Shown: piece by piece, positions 26,462-41,940 of the stretch | How positions within the stretch are numbered: the stretch's first letter is position 1 | How the letters are laid out: each line of letters begins with the position of its first letter | NCBI GenBank assembly: GCA_030704615.1 | Contig: CM060732.1 | Coordinates: forward strand, 82,150,001 to 82,214,000 | DNA: 64,000 nt | Direction: 5' to 3' | Origin: Takakia lepidozioides | Taxonomy: Eukaryota > Plantae > Bryophyta | The notes under the pieces: model-generated | The model's input: only the letters and a program-made list of their open reading frames with translations | Database searches by the model: none | What the model was told of the DNA's origin: nothing | Program-made: the position numbers and the translations under genes

Positions 26462-27193
26462 TGTAGTGTGAAAAGAAGGGGCGTGAATCCCCTTCTGTAT
26501 AATTCTAATTGTGCTCCCCTCCATTGATTGCGGAGCAAGAGGAAAGAAGCGTTCTTTCTAATCTGTCCAACTGTCGTCACTTGGCTGTGGGTTTCCCTCA
26601 GCTCCTCCGTGATCAGAGTTCAAGCAATCCTCATCCACGCCGCAGCGGAAGGGAAGACATGGATGGGGAGTCAATTTGTTGTTCACTCTGGTTCTACCTT
26701 TTACACAACATCCCCTATCAGCAGGTACAGCACCAGCTATGCTGGTGCGATGTATTCAGTGATGCAAATCAGCCCAATGGCAGCGGTAAACACGATCCTT
26801 TATGTGAAGCCCACTTGAGCAGTGACAGGTCGGAAATCCCCTTTTTGTAGTGGTGACACAGATTTAGGAGGATGCAGCTCAGATCTTCATGGTCTGCAGG
26901 GGCACTGGTTTCCTTCAGGTTTTCTTCATCTCATCTCCCCAAATTGGCCAAACCCCCCCCCTAACAGCCCCTTAGAATTTGCAGCTCTCTCCTTGCCCAA
27001 ATCCCATTTTTCACTCTCTCTCTCTTTCTTTTCCCTTTTTGTCTGTTTCACTATCTGGTTTATGTCCCCAGGTTCCCCACTATTTCACAGCAGCAGATCT
27101 GTCATGTAATGTGAATGCACACGCTGCTAGGCATCCAGTGCGGCCAGCCTTGAAGTCATCCTCGGTCTCTCAAGACACAGCCATCCCATCCAT

Positions 27194-27246
<53 letters not shown>

Positions 27247-28671
27247 CCCTTTTTTCAATGACCCATCGCTCAAACAGCTCTCATCTCTTTTGTCAGACTT
27301 CAACCCAAATACCCCAACATCCCTCTTTTCCCTTCAACTGTGGAACGCAGTTGTTCAGATCCTGATCCCATAGTGAAATCACCTTATCCTTTCCATGTTT
27401 TTTTGCAACTCCAGCTAACTATCATTGATCTCTGCAAACAAACAAGCCAGATCTACATTGGTTCCAGGTTATCACTACACACGGCAGCATGGTGTTCAGG
27501 TTTATGACACTGAATCAAAATGCAAGAATGAAGACAACAGTGACCATTCTGAATTCAGTGACGAACAGGCTCTCTCTTTCTCTCTCTCTTCACTTATTTC
27601 TCTCACTGTCATCACAACATCAGGTGCATCCATCCTTTCCACGTTCTGGTCTGAAGTTCAGAGTCTCCATTCCCATTTCAAAACTTTTTCTTGTCACATG
27701 TCTCTACCTTTTCTCTTCTGCCAAGATGGCAGTCCTAAATCTACCAAAGCAATTTCTAAGTCCTAGCCAAAAAGACCTTTTGTTCATCGACTTATCTGTT
27801 TTTATCCACTAGTGAAGCGGCGGGTCTGCCTGTCAAGGTGGCACCTTGCCATCGCCCGTCAGCAGCCACTTCAACCCTTTCTCTTTGTCTTGATTCCAGA
27901 CCTTATGACGCCATGATGGCTCCCCTTCTTCACTTGGACCATCCTGTGGCCTGACAACCAGATTACACTATGCAATTCTTCCTCTCGAATTGGCCTGGTC
28001 CTATAACAAGGAGACACAAAGCAGCTAGAAGCTTAATGACAGAGAACCTGAGATACCATGCAGCCAGAACTCCACATGCTTTACCTCCCCCCCATTGATT
28101 GTGCCCAGACCCTCTTCCCTGTGCTTTCAGCAGCTGGCCTTTTCCTTGCTTGCTCATCTGCCCATAACTATCATCTTCAAGGCACTGGCGGCAGTGGTGG
28201 TGCGCCGCTTTCCTTAGATGCTTCTATCTCTTGGAATTGATCATCACTACGAGAGAGGCGGCACCGCTTCTTTCTACACAGAATACCAAGCAGAGGCCTC
28301 TTAATGCCGCTTCCTAAGCCAAGCAAGATCCCACCGCGCAGGTACAACCTCCTAACACAGGCTGCCCTGCCGACACCACTGCTTGCAACAGCCGCTACGA
28401 GCCATCCGTCATCTTCCTCTTCGTTTTTCTCAACCCGCGATCTTTTAGGTCAAGAACCAGTGATGAAAACGTTCATCGCATGGATGAAAATGTGTACCGT
28501 CATGACTTAGCCATTTTCTCCTGGCAAAGCATAAGTTCAGTGTGCTCATGAAATTACCTACATGAAGGGATACATCCTTTCTGCAGTTTGGGATGACGGG
28601 CACTCCGTCATAGTGATGTAGGTCGTAATGGTAAACATATGTAATGTTCTGTCCCCTGCATTCACACTACA
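26462..28671. mobile_element. 2,210-bp non-coding insertion with TGT...ACA ends, 11-bp TIR and 4-bp TSD (Ginger-like or solo-LTR-like)
   Basis: Ends TGTAGTGTGAA...TTCACACTACA, flanked by CATC on both sides. Removing it restores the frame WQSGD|GCRAKLP between the protease and the DNMT linker. Confidence 0.85.
27197..27243. repeat. (CT)n microsatellite
   Basis: Uninterrupted CT run of ~46 bp. Confidence 0.95.
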
Positions 28672-29329
28672 CATCGCCTGACTGCCATCCAGGCCTGTAG
28701 GATGCTGACTCCTCCCAAAAGTCCAGGGTGAAGCCCATGGGGTATAACACTGCCCCACCAACGAGGACATCGTAAGAGACCGCGTCTGTCACAATGGCCT
28801 TGGCTCGCATTACTGAGCCATCGATAGGATGATCCGGCTGCAGTCTAATGGCCAACTGATGCCGTGTCATGCCCCGAGCCTGCTCTGATCCTCCCAGAGA
28901 TGTCTGTATCTGGAAAGGACAAGGCTCCATATCCGCCTCCATGAGGCCCAAACCTTCAATAGCAGCTCTGCCCAACATCAGTGGCTGAGCTCCCGAGTCC
29001 AACAAGACCCGCAGTGGCCGGTACTTCTTGCCTGCCGGTCCACTCTGGTTGTCTAACAAGACAACTCCAGGTGTCACCATGGCGCGCTCAAAGGCTGGCC
29101 TAGCTGGCAGCTCCGTCAACCTGGCAGCTGCAGCTTGCCAGGGCGCATCCGTGGCAGTCTTGACCCTCAAATCCGAGGATCCCTCTGCCACTACACCTTC
29201 CACTAACTCCGCAAAAGATGAAGTGACCTCCCCACTCTCACAGAGTGTTGCTGCTAGTCTGAACACTGCAGCTGGCCTTACCCCCGGCGTCGCAATCATG
29301 GTTGCCAAGAACAGTGGGGCTTGACACAC
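28672..29329 (-). CDS. Aspartic protease region of pol
   Basis: RVLLDSGAQPLML...YDVLVG. Confidence 0.85.
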
Positions 29330-31221
29330 AGAGGTGGCTGCCCCAATAACACACCGGCTGCACTAGCCTTGGTAGCAGGTGTCAGTGCTGCACGTGTAGC
29401 TCTCCCCAATGGCATAGTAACCTCCGCCTCGGTAACAGTCGGGCGAGAACTAGGTGCCATGGATGGCGTCGACACAGTCTCCGCCAATGTGAATGACTGA
29501 GGAAGCCTCGCCTGACGGCTTGCCTCCCCACGCTGTGGATCCAATTCCACCTCTGCACCTCGTGGCTCAGGAACTCGTGCTGCTCCTCGAGTCACGGCTG
29601 CAGCAGACTCCACCTGCTCTAGTGGTAGTGCTGCTCCGCACATGAATCCCATGCCTCCCATATCTCCTCCCTCAGGAGCAGGAGGTGGACCATCCCGCCT
29701 GGGAGCCGGTACCGCCTGAGCTATAGCCATGGCAGCGAGCCTCTGCTCTAGCTGCTGAAGCCGATTGGCCATGCCTTGGTCAACACCCTGACTTCCGCGT
29801 CCTTGGCCATGTGGAGCTTGCCCTTGGCCTGCACCTCGTGCCCGACCACCTCGTCCTCTTTGGGCTGGTCCACCTCGCCCCCGGCCACCATTGTTCCCTT
29901 GGAACTGGCCTGGGCGCAACTCAGGATGCAAGTCATAACACTGGGCATCTCCATGCCCATACTTGCCACAATGCCCACACTGCAACTGTGCAGGCTGTGC
30001 TTGTGCCGGCCTTTTGCCACTCTCTGGGCAATCTCTCTTGACATGGGGTCCTCCACATGTCCAACATATCACCCCTGGTTGCTGTTGGCCTGCAAAAGAT
30101 GCCACGGGCCTCTGCACCTGAGGTCCCCTGTAAGCTCCATGGAACTTGGGCTGGGCAACCTTGCCCCCCTGACCACGCTGTTGGGCAGTCCCTTGTGCCT
30201 GTGGGCTGATAGCTGTGCCCCGTGCAGGCATGTCCTTGCCAAATCCAATTGTAACAACTCGCTCCTCCACCATGTTGAGCTCAATCCGCTCAGCCAGCAG
30301 AAACACATCTGCTAATGTGGGTTGGGCTGCTTGTAACAGGGTTGCATCTCGCACCCTTCTCTTGAGCTCCTTGTCCAGAATTCCATACCAAAACTGGATT
30401 GCCTGAGCTTCAGTAACCCCTTGGGTCACACTTATCAAGCGCCTCATACGAGTGTACGCCTCTCGCAGGCTCTCACTGGGTTTGCGCTGGAAGTCTTGCA
30501 AACTTCGCAGCTTCTCTGTCCGTACACCTTGGTAGTTCCTCCGCAACTCCTGGAAGAACTCCACCACCGGGTTGAATCTAGGCACATGTGTTGTAGTCGT
30601 GGCAGGAGGAATAGTAGCACCTTTTGAACTGGTACCACCTGCAGAAGTACCAGCACTACTTGCTCCACTACTAGTGCTGGCAGTGGGAGCTATTGGTACT
30701 GATGCAGCTACTGGTCGCTTCGTGCCTCGAGTAATGGAGACGTAGTCAGGTGACCAATACATCCTCCACTCCTCAATCTCTGCTTCATGTCCTCGCCTGA
30801 ACTCGTGGTAATCGTCCATAGGCGGGCCTTCCAAATGCTGGAACAGTCCCTTCCACGCCATGAATGGGGTGAATAGCTGTGGATTGCGCATCTGCTGCAA
30901 ATCACACCAGCTGTCGAACTCCTGGATAAAGTCATCCAACTCGATTGTGCCCACAGCTCCAGAGTACCTACGAGGCCCCTTGGTAGCTCCATACATCTCC
31001 TCCATGTCGTCCCACAACAATGGCGAATGAAAGTGCACACCTGTTGATGAAGCCTCCGAGTCTGTGTCTGACTCTACAGTAATTGAGGGTGGCGGTGAAG
31101 GTGGTCTGAACCGAATACCTCGTCTTGTGAACCCACTCTCACTGTTACTGCCTGTAGCCGTACTCCCCTCAAAACCCTTGGGTAACTCCGTAATGACACT
31201 CACAATGTGCACCTCCTCCAC
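29296..31221 (-). CDS. Gag with two CCHC-type zinc knuckles and an RGG-rich segment
   Basis: 641-aa open frame; retrotransposon-gag-like FQRKPSESLREAYTRM; CWTCGGPHVKRDC and CGHCGKYGHGDAQC. Confidence 0.9.
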   Translation of the reverse strand: MEEVHIVSVITELPKGFEGSTATGSNSESGFTRRGIRFRPPSPPPSITVESDTDSEASSTGVHFHSPLLWDDMEEMYGATKGPRRYSGAVGTIELDDFIQEFDSWCDLQQMRNPQLFTPFMAWKGLFQHLEGPPMDDYHEFRRGHEAEIEEWRMYWSPDYVSITRGTKRPVAASVPIAPTASTSSGASSAGTSAGGTSSKGATIPPATTTTHVPRFNPVVEFFQELRRNYQGVRTEKLRSLQDFQRKPSESLREAYTRMRRLISVTQGVTEAQAIQFWYGILDKELKRRVRDATLLQAAQPTLADVFLLAERIELNMVEERVVTIGFGKDMPARGTAISPQAQGTAQQRGQGGKVAQPKFHGAYRGPQVQRPVASFAGQQQPGVICWTCGGPHVKRDCPESGKRPAQAQPAQLQCGHCGKYGHGDAQCYDLHPELRPGQFQGNNGGRGRGGPAQRGRGGRARGAGQGQAPHGQGRGSQGVDQGMANRLQQLEQRLAAMAIAQAVPAPRRDGPPPAPEGGDMGGMGFMCGAALPLEQVESAAAVTRGAARVPEPRGAEVELDPQRGEASRQARLPQSFTLAETVSTPSMAPSSRPTVTEAEVTMPLGRATRAALTPATKASAAGVLLGQPPLCVKPHCSWQP

Positions 31222-31740
31222 GTGACACTATAAGGCTCTAGTACTAATCTAATAGTGACACGGGTGGGCACCTGTTGCAGTTTAAGGGTCATATCCCAAT
31301 GGCTCAGGGCACCTGCACCTGCATCCACCGCAAGAACTCCTATGGTTGGCTGGTCATCAACCCAGCCTCACCATAGAAGAAACACTGGTGGTCTTGCTGG
31401 TCATCACTCCAGCCTCACCACCGACAGCATACTCTAGGATTGACCGGTGATCAAATCCGGCCTAATCCCTATGAAAGCAAGCGCCCACACAAAACCAACA
31501 TGGCGCACAGTCAAGCATGCAGGTGTTGGGGGGGATCCAAACACAAGAAATCAAAACATCAACACCCCCACACCAAAATCCAGCTGCAATGCTGATCCTG
31601 CAGAATAGCCCAGCCCAAAACCCCGGACTGACTGGCCTCCACCAAGAGAGGCTTTGGCAACTACAAGTACAAGGTAATGAAAATAGTACAGAGATGGAGG
31701 GGAAGAATAGAAGCCCGACCAAGCAAGATCTAATCCTGAT

Positions 31741-32490
31741 CTATGCTATCAACTGCCAGACTTCTCTCAAAGTGCCTCGCTCTGCATGATGGTAAGGTGT
31801 AGGAGGTATATCTATGTCCAGAAACCTGCCACTAACCTTGTCCCAAGCTACAGTAGCTCGCTCTAACCAACCCTCCTCCTCTTTCTGCCAGGTAGAGACA
31901 AAGCAATACTCCCCTATCTCCCGCTCACTGAACACTAAGGAAAACAAAGGTAGGGTCTGATAGTCTCTCAACTCGAAAGCTTTGAGACGGTTGCGGGTGT
32001 CCTCATTGCGAATGACTGCATCTCCTTCACGCACAACAAACATGTCATTGCTAATGAACCCCCGCTCGTGGTTGCCCTGTGCAGAGCGTATCCGGCTGCA
32101 ACCATGTCTGATTGCACAAACTTGTGTAGCTCCTGCTCCTCTGCTCCAGTACACCACGGCCTTGTGGCTGAACACCTTGGTCCCCGGGGCTGTCTTTGGC
32201 TGTGTTCCAAGCCTAGCTTTCACCCACTTTGGTATTTCACCTACAGCTGCAGAACTGCTGGCTCCAACAGAGTTCTGACTGTCCAAGGCGATATTGAGGC
32301 CCTCAATGCCAATTACAGCAGTCTGTTGTCTACTGCTAATGCCTGACTCCCAGTATGCAATCAACTCGTCCAACTGTTCTCCCCTCAAATCAGTCTGAGT
32401 TCCTTGGGAAACATAAATCCTGTCCCCTTGTGTGCACAGGCTAAGAGAAGAGACTTGCCCTTCAATTACGTCCTCATTTCCCCCAGCCAT
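31741..32490 (-). CDS. Orphan ORF (249 aa) upstream of gag on the element's sense strand; function unknown
   Basis: ATG start, uninterrupted, globular-looking composition; no motif recognised. Confidence 0.6.
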   Translation of the reverse strand: MAGGNEDVIEGQVSSLSLCTQGDRIYVSQGTQTDLRGEQLDELIAYWESGISSRQQTAVIGIEGLNIALDSQNSVGASSSAAVGEIPKWVKARLGTQPKTAPGTKVFSHKAVVYWSRGAGATQVCAIRHGCSRIRSAQGNHERGFISNDMFVVREGDAVIRNEDTRNRLKAFELRDYQTLPLFSLVFSEREIGEYCFVSTWQKEEEGWLERATVAWDKVSGRFLDIDIPPTPYHHAERGTLREVWQLIA

Positions 32491-33039
32491 ACAAGGAATA
32501 CATCCCCAGATTTATCTCTCATGTAGACCAGAACAGGTTCTAGAAACAGGATTGTGGATCTTTCATGGCACACTCACACTCTAAAAATTCCATAGATTTC
32601 TAGCAGAGTCCCAAAAACAAAAACCAGGTCTAGATAGGTAGATATCCCCTTTCTGCAGCTATCCCCCCAAAAACTGGGTCAAACAGAGTCCATTTGACAA
32701 AGATATGACCAATTTGGCTTTAAATCATTTAAATTAGATCAAAATGCCCTGTTTTTTTTTTTTTTTTTTTTTTTTAAGGTTTTCAAATTTAAAAATTTAA
32801 AGTTACACCCAAACTATCTGGTAACTGGTTCCCGGTTCCCTATGTTCTATATGGTTTCCTAGGTTCCTTGGCCACGTGCCCTATAATTCACACCTTGCTC
32901 CAGTCTTCTGCATACCGAGAGTGAGAGAGAGAGAGGGAGGGAACTGTGGCACTCAGTAGTGTCTTGCTGTGAGAGAGAGTGGTGTCAACATTCCGTGATT
33001 GCTTGCAGGCTTGCGCACCAAGAGAGGGGGAGGAAAGAC

Positions 33040-33335
33040 ATGTTTATGGACGCCATGTACAGGCGAGGGGTCACTCACAGTCTGTTCGAGGCCTTGGTGG
33101 CTAACGATAAACTCACTGAGGAGGATTACCAGCGGGAAGCACTGGACTTTGTGCTGGAGCTTGCGGGTCCCCGGCCCATTCCAGTTACGGGGGAGAAAGC
33201 CCTCGGCACTGATGCGTTTGTCTATGTCGATGAGCTGCCGGTTCCTGCGTTTGCTGTTGATTGTAACATGCGATGTGTGTTGTGGAACAAGCGCGCTGCT
33301 GATCTCAGTGGCTGGCTTGAGTCTGATGTTGCCAC
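33040..33335 (+). pseudogene. Captured fragment with a PAS-domain N-terminal half (phytochrome/sensor-kinase-like)
   Basis: VDELPVPAFAVDCNMRCVLWNKRAADLSGW resembles the PAS consensus (P.FAVD..G....WN...A.LTG). Confidence 0.55.
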
Positions 33336-33722
33336 CATCTCTTTTTTAGATTCAGCATCAAATTCTAGTTGGTCTCCTTTTTCTGAAAGTCTTTCGTCAT
33401 TGCACCCTCTCTGTCTCGCAGGAAGATTACACGGCATTGTCCGCCCTTTCTCTCTTGACACGGCCTGCAGCCTCGTACTCTCCTTGCGGTCTTCACCTTT
33501 ACTTTTGCTTCCCCTAATATTAGTCAAATGGTACGGACACCCCCTTTGGTCTCCGATTCCGCAGCTTTCTCCTCTCCTCCAGCTTTAGCTTCGCAGCCTG
33601 TCTCAGGGTTGTCTTCTCTTGATCCGTCAATGTCTTTCTCTAACTTGCTTCGGTCGGAAATAGCAGCCTCATTAGGTGAATCTTCCGATGGTCTGTCAGC
33701 CTTGCAACCAGGCTCGACAAGT

Positions 33723-33972
33723 CTTGCCGTGCAGAGGATGGCTCACCCTGACGGTGAGCTGGCCACTGCAAGAGCAGTATCTGCTGCTGGCACAGTCATG
33801 ACCCTGTCATCATGGGCAACCAGCAGTGTTGAAGAGGTTGCATCAGTAGGTCCTGGCATCCGCTTCTTCCAGCTTTACGTATACAAGGGCAGAAATGTGG
33901 TTGCACAATTGGTACGCCGAGCAGAGCGTGCAGGTTTTAAGGCCATTGCCCTCATTGTGGACACCCCTCGTA
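33723..33972 (+). pseudogene. GOX: Captured intronless glycolate oxidase fragment
   Basis: [80 protein letters not shown] is near-diagnostic for plant GOX. Confidence 0.93.
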
Positions 33973-34400
33973 CTCGAATGTCATAGGGCAGAATGCCATT
34001 CAGGGATGTATGCGAGAATTGTAACTGGTCAAAGCAATATGGAGTCACAAAATGAGCCACCTGACCCCAGGCATGAACACCAGCATCTGTGCGGCCTGCA
34101 GCGCAAAGAAGCAGCTGATCACGTGTGCATCTGGTCACCTTGGCCAGTGCATCCTCTACCAAGTACTGCACTGTCACACCGTTTGCCCTTGACTACAGTC
34201 GCCACCCTGAGTAATTGGTGCCTTCACAGGAGATCACCAACCTCCATTTCCATGTGGGTTTGCTCTCCACGCCGACTTCAGTTTGAGTGAGCTCAACGCC
34301 ACTGTGAGGAGTCTCGAAGGTTGAAAGCCCGTTGTCTGGCTTCGCACTCTTAGCACGATTCATCTGACCACTGCGACAGCTATAGGGAGTTCTAAGTTCC
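33968..34400 (-). pseudogene. Captured intronless tRNA pseudouridine synthase A (TruA family) N-terminal fragment
   Basis: KWRLVISCEGTNYSGW...TVQYLVEDAL...AGRTDAGVHAWGQVAHF...[12 protein letters not shown]. Confidence 0.9.
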
Positions 34401-34424
34401 TTGTAAACCCAACCCCCATCGTTG

Positions 34425-34515
34425 TGCCTTATCACGATGGGCCCGTTCTTGTAGGGACAAATGGAACTCTTAACATTTATACCATCTACTACGGTACTTT
34501 CACTGCTGCCCAGCT
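34425..34515 (+). pseudogene. Captured EXORDIUM/Phi-1 family N-terminal fragment
   Basis: YHDGPVLVG...LNIYTIYYGTFTAAQ matches the YH.GP.L...I..IWYG.F...Q motif. Confidence 0.65.
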
Positions 34516-34924
34516 AGTACCCCTTATGCACAGCCCACATAATCCTTCTCCCCCAACAAGCCCACTGGCCTGCTCAACACAAAGCCCAGCGAAGGCCCTC
34601 AACGAGAAGACCCCCGGCGCCACTGACACCACGCCCCCGCAGCCTCTCCATACGCCTGGGCCAGTTACCGGATCACCACACGCACCTCGCACCTCGCAAG
34701 TAGCTTCACTGGCGCGACTCCTCAAGCTTCTCCAACATGCTGTGATTCTGGATGGGCTACTCTTTATTTGAGCAGCATGCTGTGGACGCCGAGCTACCAC
34801 TCATTGAAGAAGAACGCTCCGGATTCGAACTGCAAAGCATTGGCCTCTGGCGACCATCTCTACTATAATAGTGCTTAAAAACAAAAACATCATATCTAGC
34901 TTAGCACTGGCAAACTAGATAGAG

Positions 34925-34939
34925 TCATCTCTCTCGAGT
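34925..34939 (-). promoter_or_regulatory. Putative self-priming primer binding site
   Basis: Exact 15-bp reverse complement of 35121-35135 inside repeat X; there is no tRNA-type TGG PBS. Confidence 0.7.
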
Positions 34940-35287
34940 GATAGAAAAGCTAAGTACACACTGTTGACACAAAACATGACAACCAAAACCATCACTCTTT
35001 AAAACAGAAGTCGAGCCAGGGGCACCCCAAGCTATGGGGACTCCACCCCACAACAACCTACACTCCCATCATAAGCACACTCAGTCCTAAACGATGCAGG
35101 AGCTCGGTCACGCAGGCTCAACTCGAGAGAGATGAGCCGCGCGACTGCCGCTCTCGTGAAGATAAGACGGGTCAGGTGTCAAACTAAACTTGACACCTGA
35201 TTTAACACTTGACCTAAATCCAAGTGTTAAATACAAATAACTAGCTTTATTCTAGCTAGTTTCACACTGTGCTTATTTAACTTGACA
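34939..35287. repeat. Repeat X (349 bp), 5'-terminal copy of the element
   Basis: Matches 21010-21358; followed by the TSD GAGT. Confidence 0.95.
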
Positions 35288-35532
35288 GAGTAGCTCGGAA
35301 CGTTTGAAAGGAAAATTCTAGGGAAAGACTATAAACTTTAAAGGTTGTCACCTAAGCATGTTTCGGGAGAGGATGGCATATTTTTCATGTCCATCATTAT
35401 CTATATTCAATCAATATTGTTGAAGTCAAATCACATTTATTATATTATATTGTTTGCAATATCTCATTTAATCTCCCCTCACTTTTGTCATAACAATTGA
35501 CAAAACCCTTCATAGTTTGCACTTTATCATTA

Positions 35533-40964
<5,432 letters not shown>

Positions 40965-41504
40965 TTTTATTTACCGTTACCCTTAGTCCCTTCATACTAG
41001 TAAATTGTCCAACTTGGCAGAACTTGTTGGTACTAATCCACTTCGATGACCCAATACAAAATAATTCTTCATCTTGCCAAGATATGAATATTATGTGGAT
41101 GTAAATGAAATGTTATATCTCCGCTTGAAATGGAGTGTCTCAGTCCCTAAGCCAAATGTCCGCTCCCCAACTCTCCAGTATAGCATGTTTTGTATACCAT
41201 AGCAGCCCCGAGGTTGGATAGCGCGTGAGCTCGCTCACGCCACTGTGCGCAAGCTCGCGTGAGCAAAAGACAAAATGCCCGAAAATTTGAGAATATTCTC
41301 GGAAAAGATGCTACAGTGAAACTAAAATTCCTGGTTATCAGCGTCACGTCCGTCCGTCAGCGTCAGGTCACGTTAGACCTGACGCTGATGGGATCTCCGT
41401 CACGTCAGGTTTGGGGAATATTCTGGTAAAAATAGTACCAGATAAAATACTGTCATTTAAGCAGCCACGTCGCCGACACGGTGGCGGTGGCAAATATATA
41501 GAAA

Positions 41505-41940
41505 AACAAGCGACATATGAAAATAAAAGCGACCGCAACACCAGTGGTCGCTTATTTTAAAATAAAACAATATTTACAACCGTCAAACTGGCGGTCGCTT
41601 AAATTTAATAATATATAAAATAAAAGCGACCGCCAGCCTAGAGGTCGCTTAAACTTGAAAATATAAAGATTAAAAGCGACCCCCTCATGGCGGTCGCATT
41701 TTTTTTAAGAATATTAAGAATAAAAGCGACCACCATATTGGCGGTCGTTTTATTTTAAATATATAAACAAAGGAAGCGACCGCCATACGGGCGGTCGCTT
41801 AAATTTAAAAATATACAAAATAGAAGTAACTGCAATATTGCACAAAATGAAAGGAAATAAAAGCGACCGCAATAGTGGCGGTCGCTTGTTTTTCATAAAA
41901 ATTAAAAATAGCGACCGCAGTATTAGCGGTCGCTTAATTT
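41505..41940. repeat. Array of ~9 hairpin units AAGCGACCGC-N6/7-GCGGTCGCTT with AT-rich spacers, ~50-bp period
   Basis: Units at ~41527, 41578, 41624, 41674, 41724, 41774, (41824), 41861 and 41910, upstream of the hAT transposase. Confidence 0.9.

Larger units (their letters stand above)
20924..35287 (-). mobile_element. 14,364-bp Ty3/gypsy-type retroelement with split direct repeats, DNA methyltransferase, PHD-integrase and captured host fragments
   Basis: TG...CA termini with GAGT on both flanks (20920-20923, 35288-35291). On the + strand the repeat order is A-B-A...B. Minus-strand gag, PR, DNMT, RT, RH, INT and PHD. Confidence 0.92.

Noticed and set aside
26509-28510. ORFs inside the 2.2-kb insertion
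   Set aside because: Short, low-complexity or microsatellite-derived, with no recognisable motif.
20924-35287. DIRS/Ngaro (tyrosine recombinase) classification because of the split repeats
   Set aside because: No R-H-x-x-R/Y recombinase ORF was seen, while an aspartic protease, a DDE integrase and a TSD are all present.
41505-41940. CRISPR-like appearance of the palindromic array
   Set aside because: The spacers are short, AT-rich and similar to each other, the variation lies in the loops, there are no cas genes, and the context is a eukaryotic transposon.
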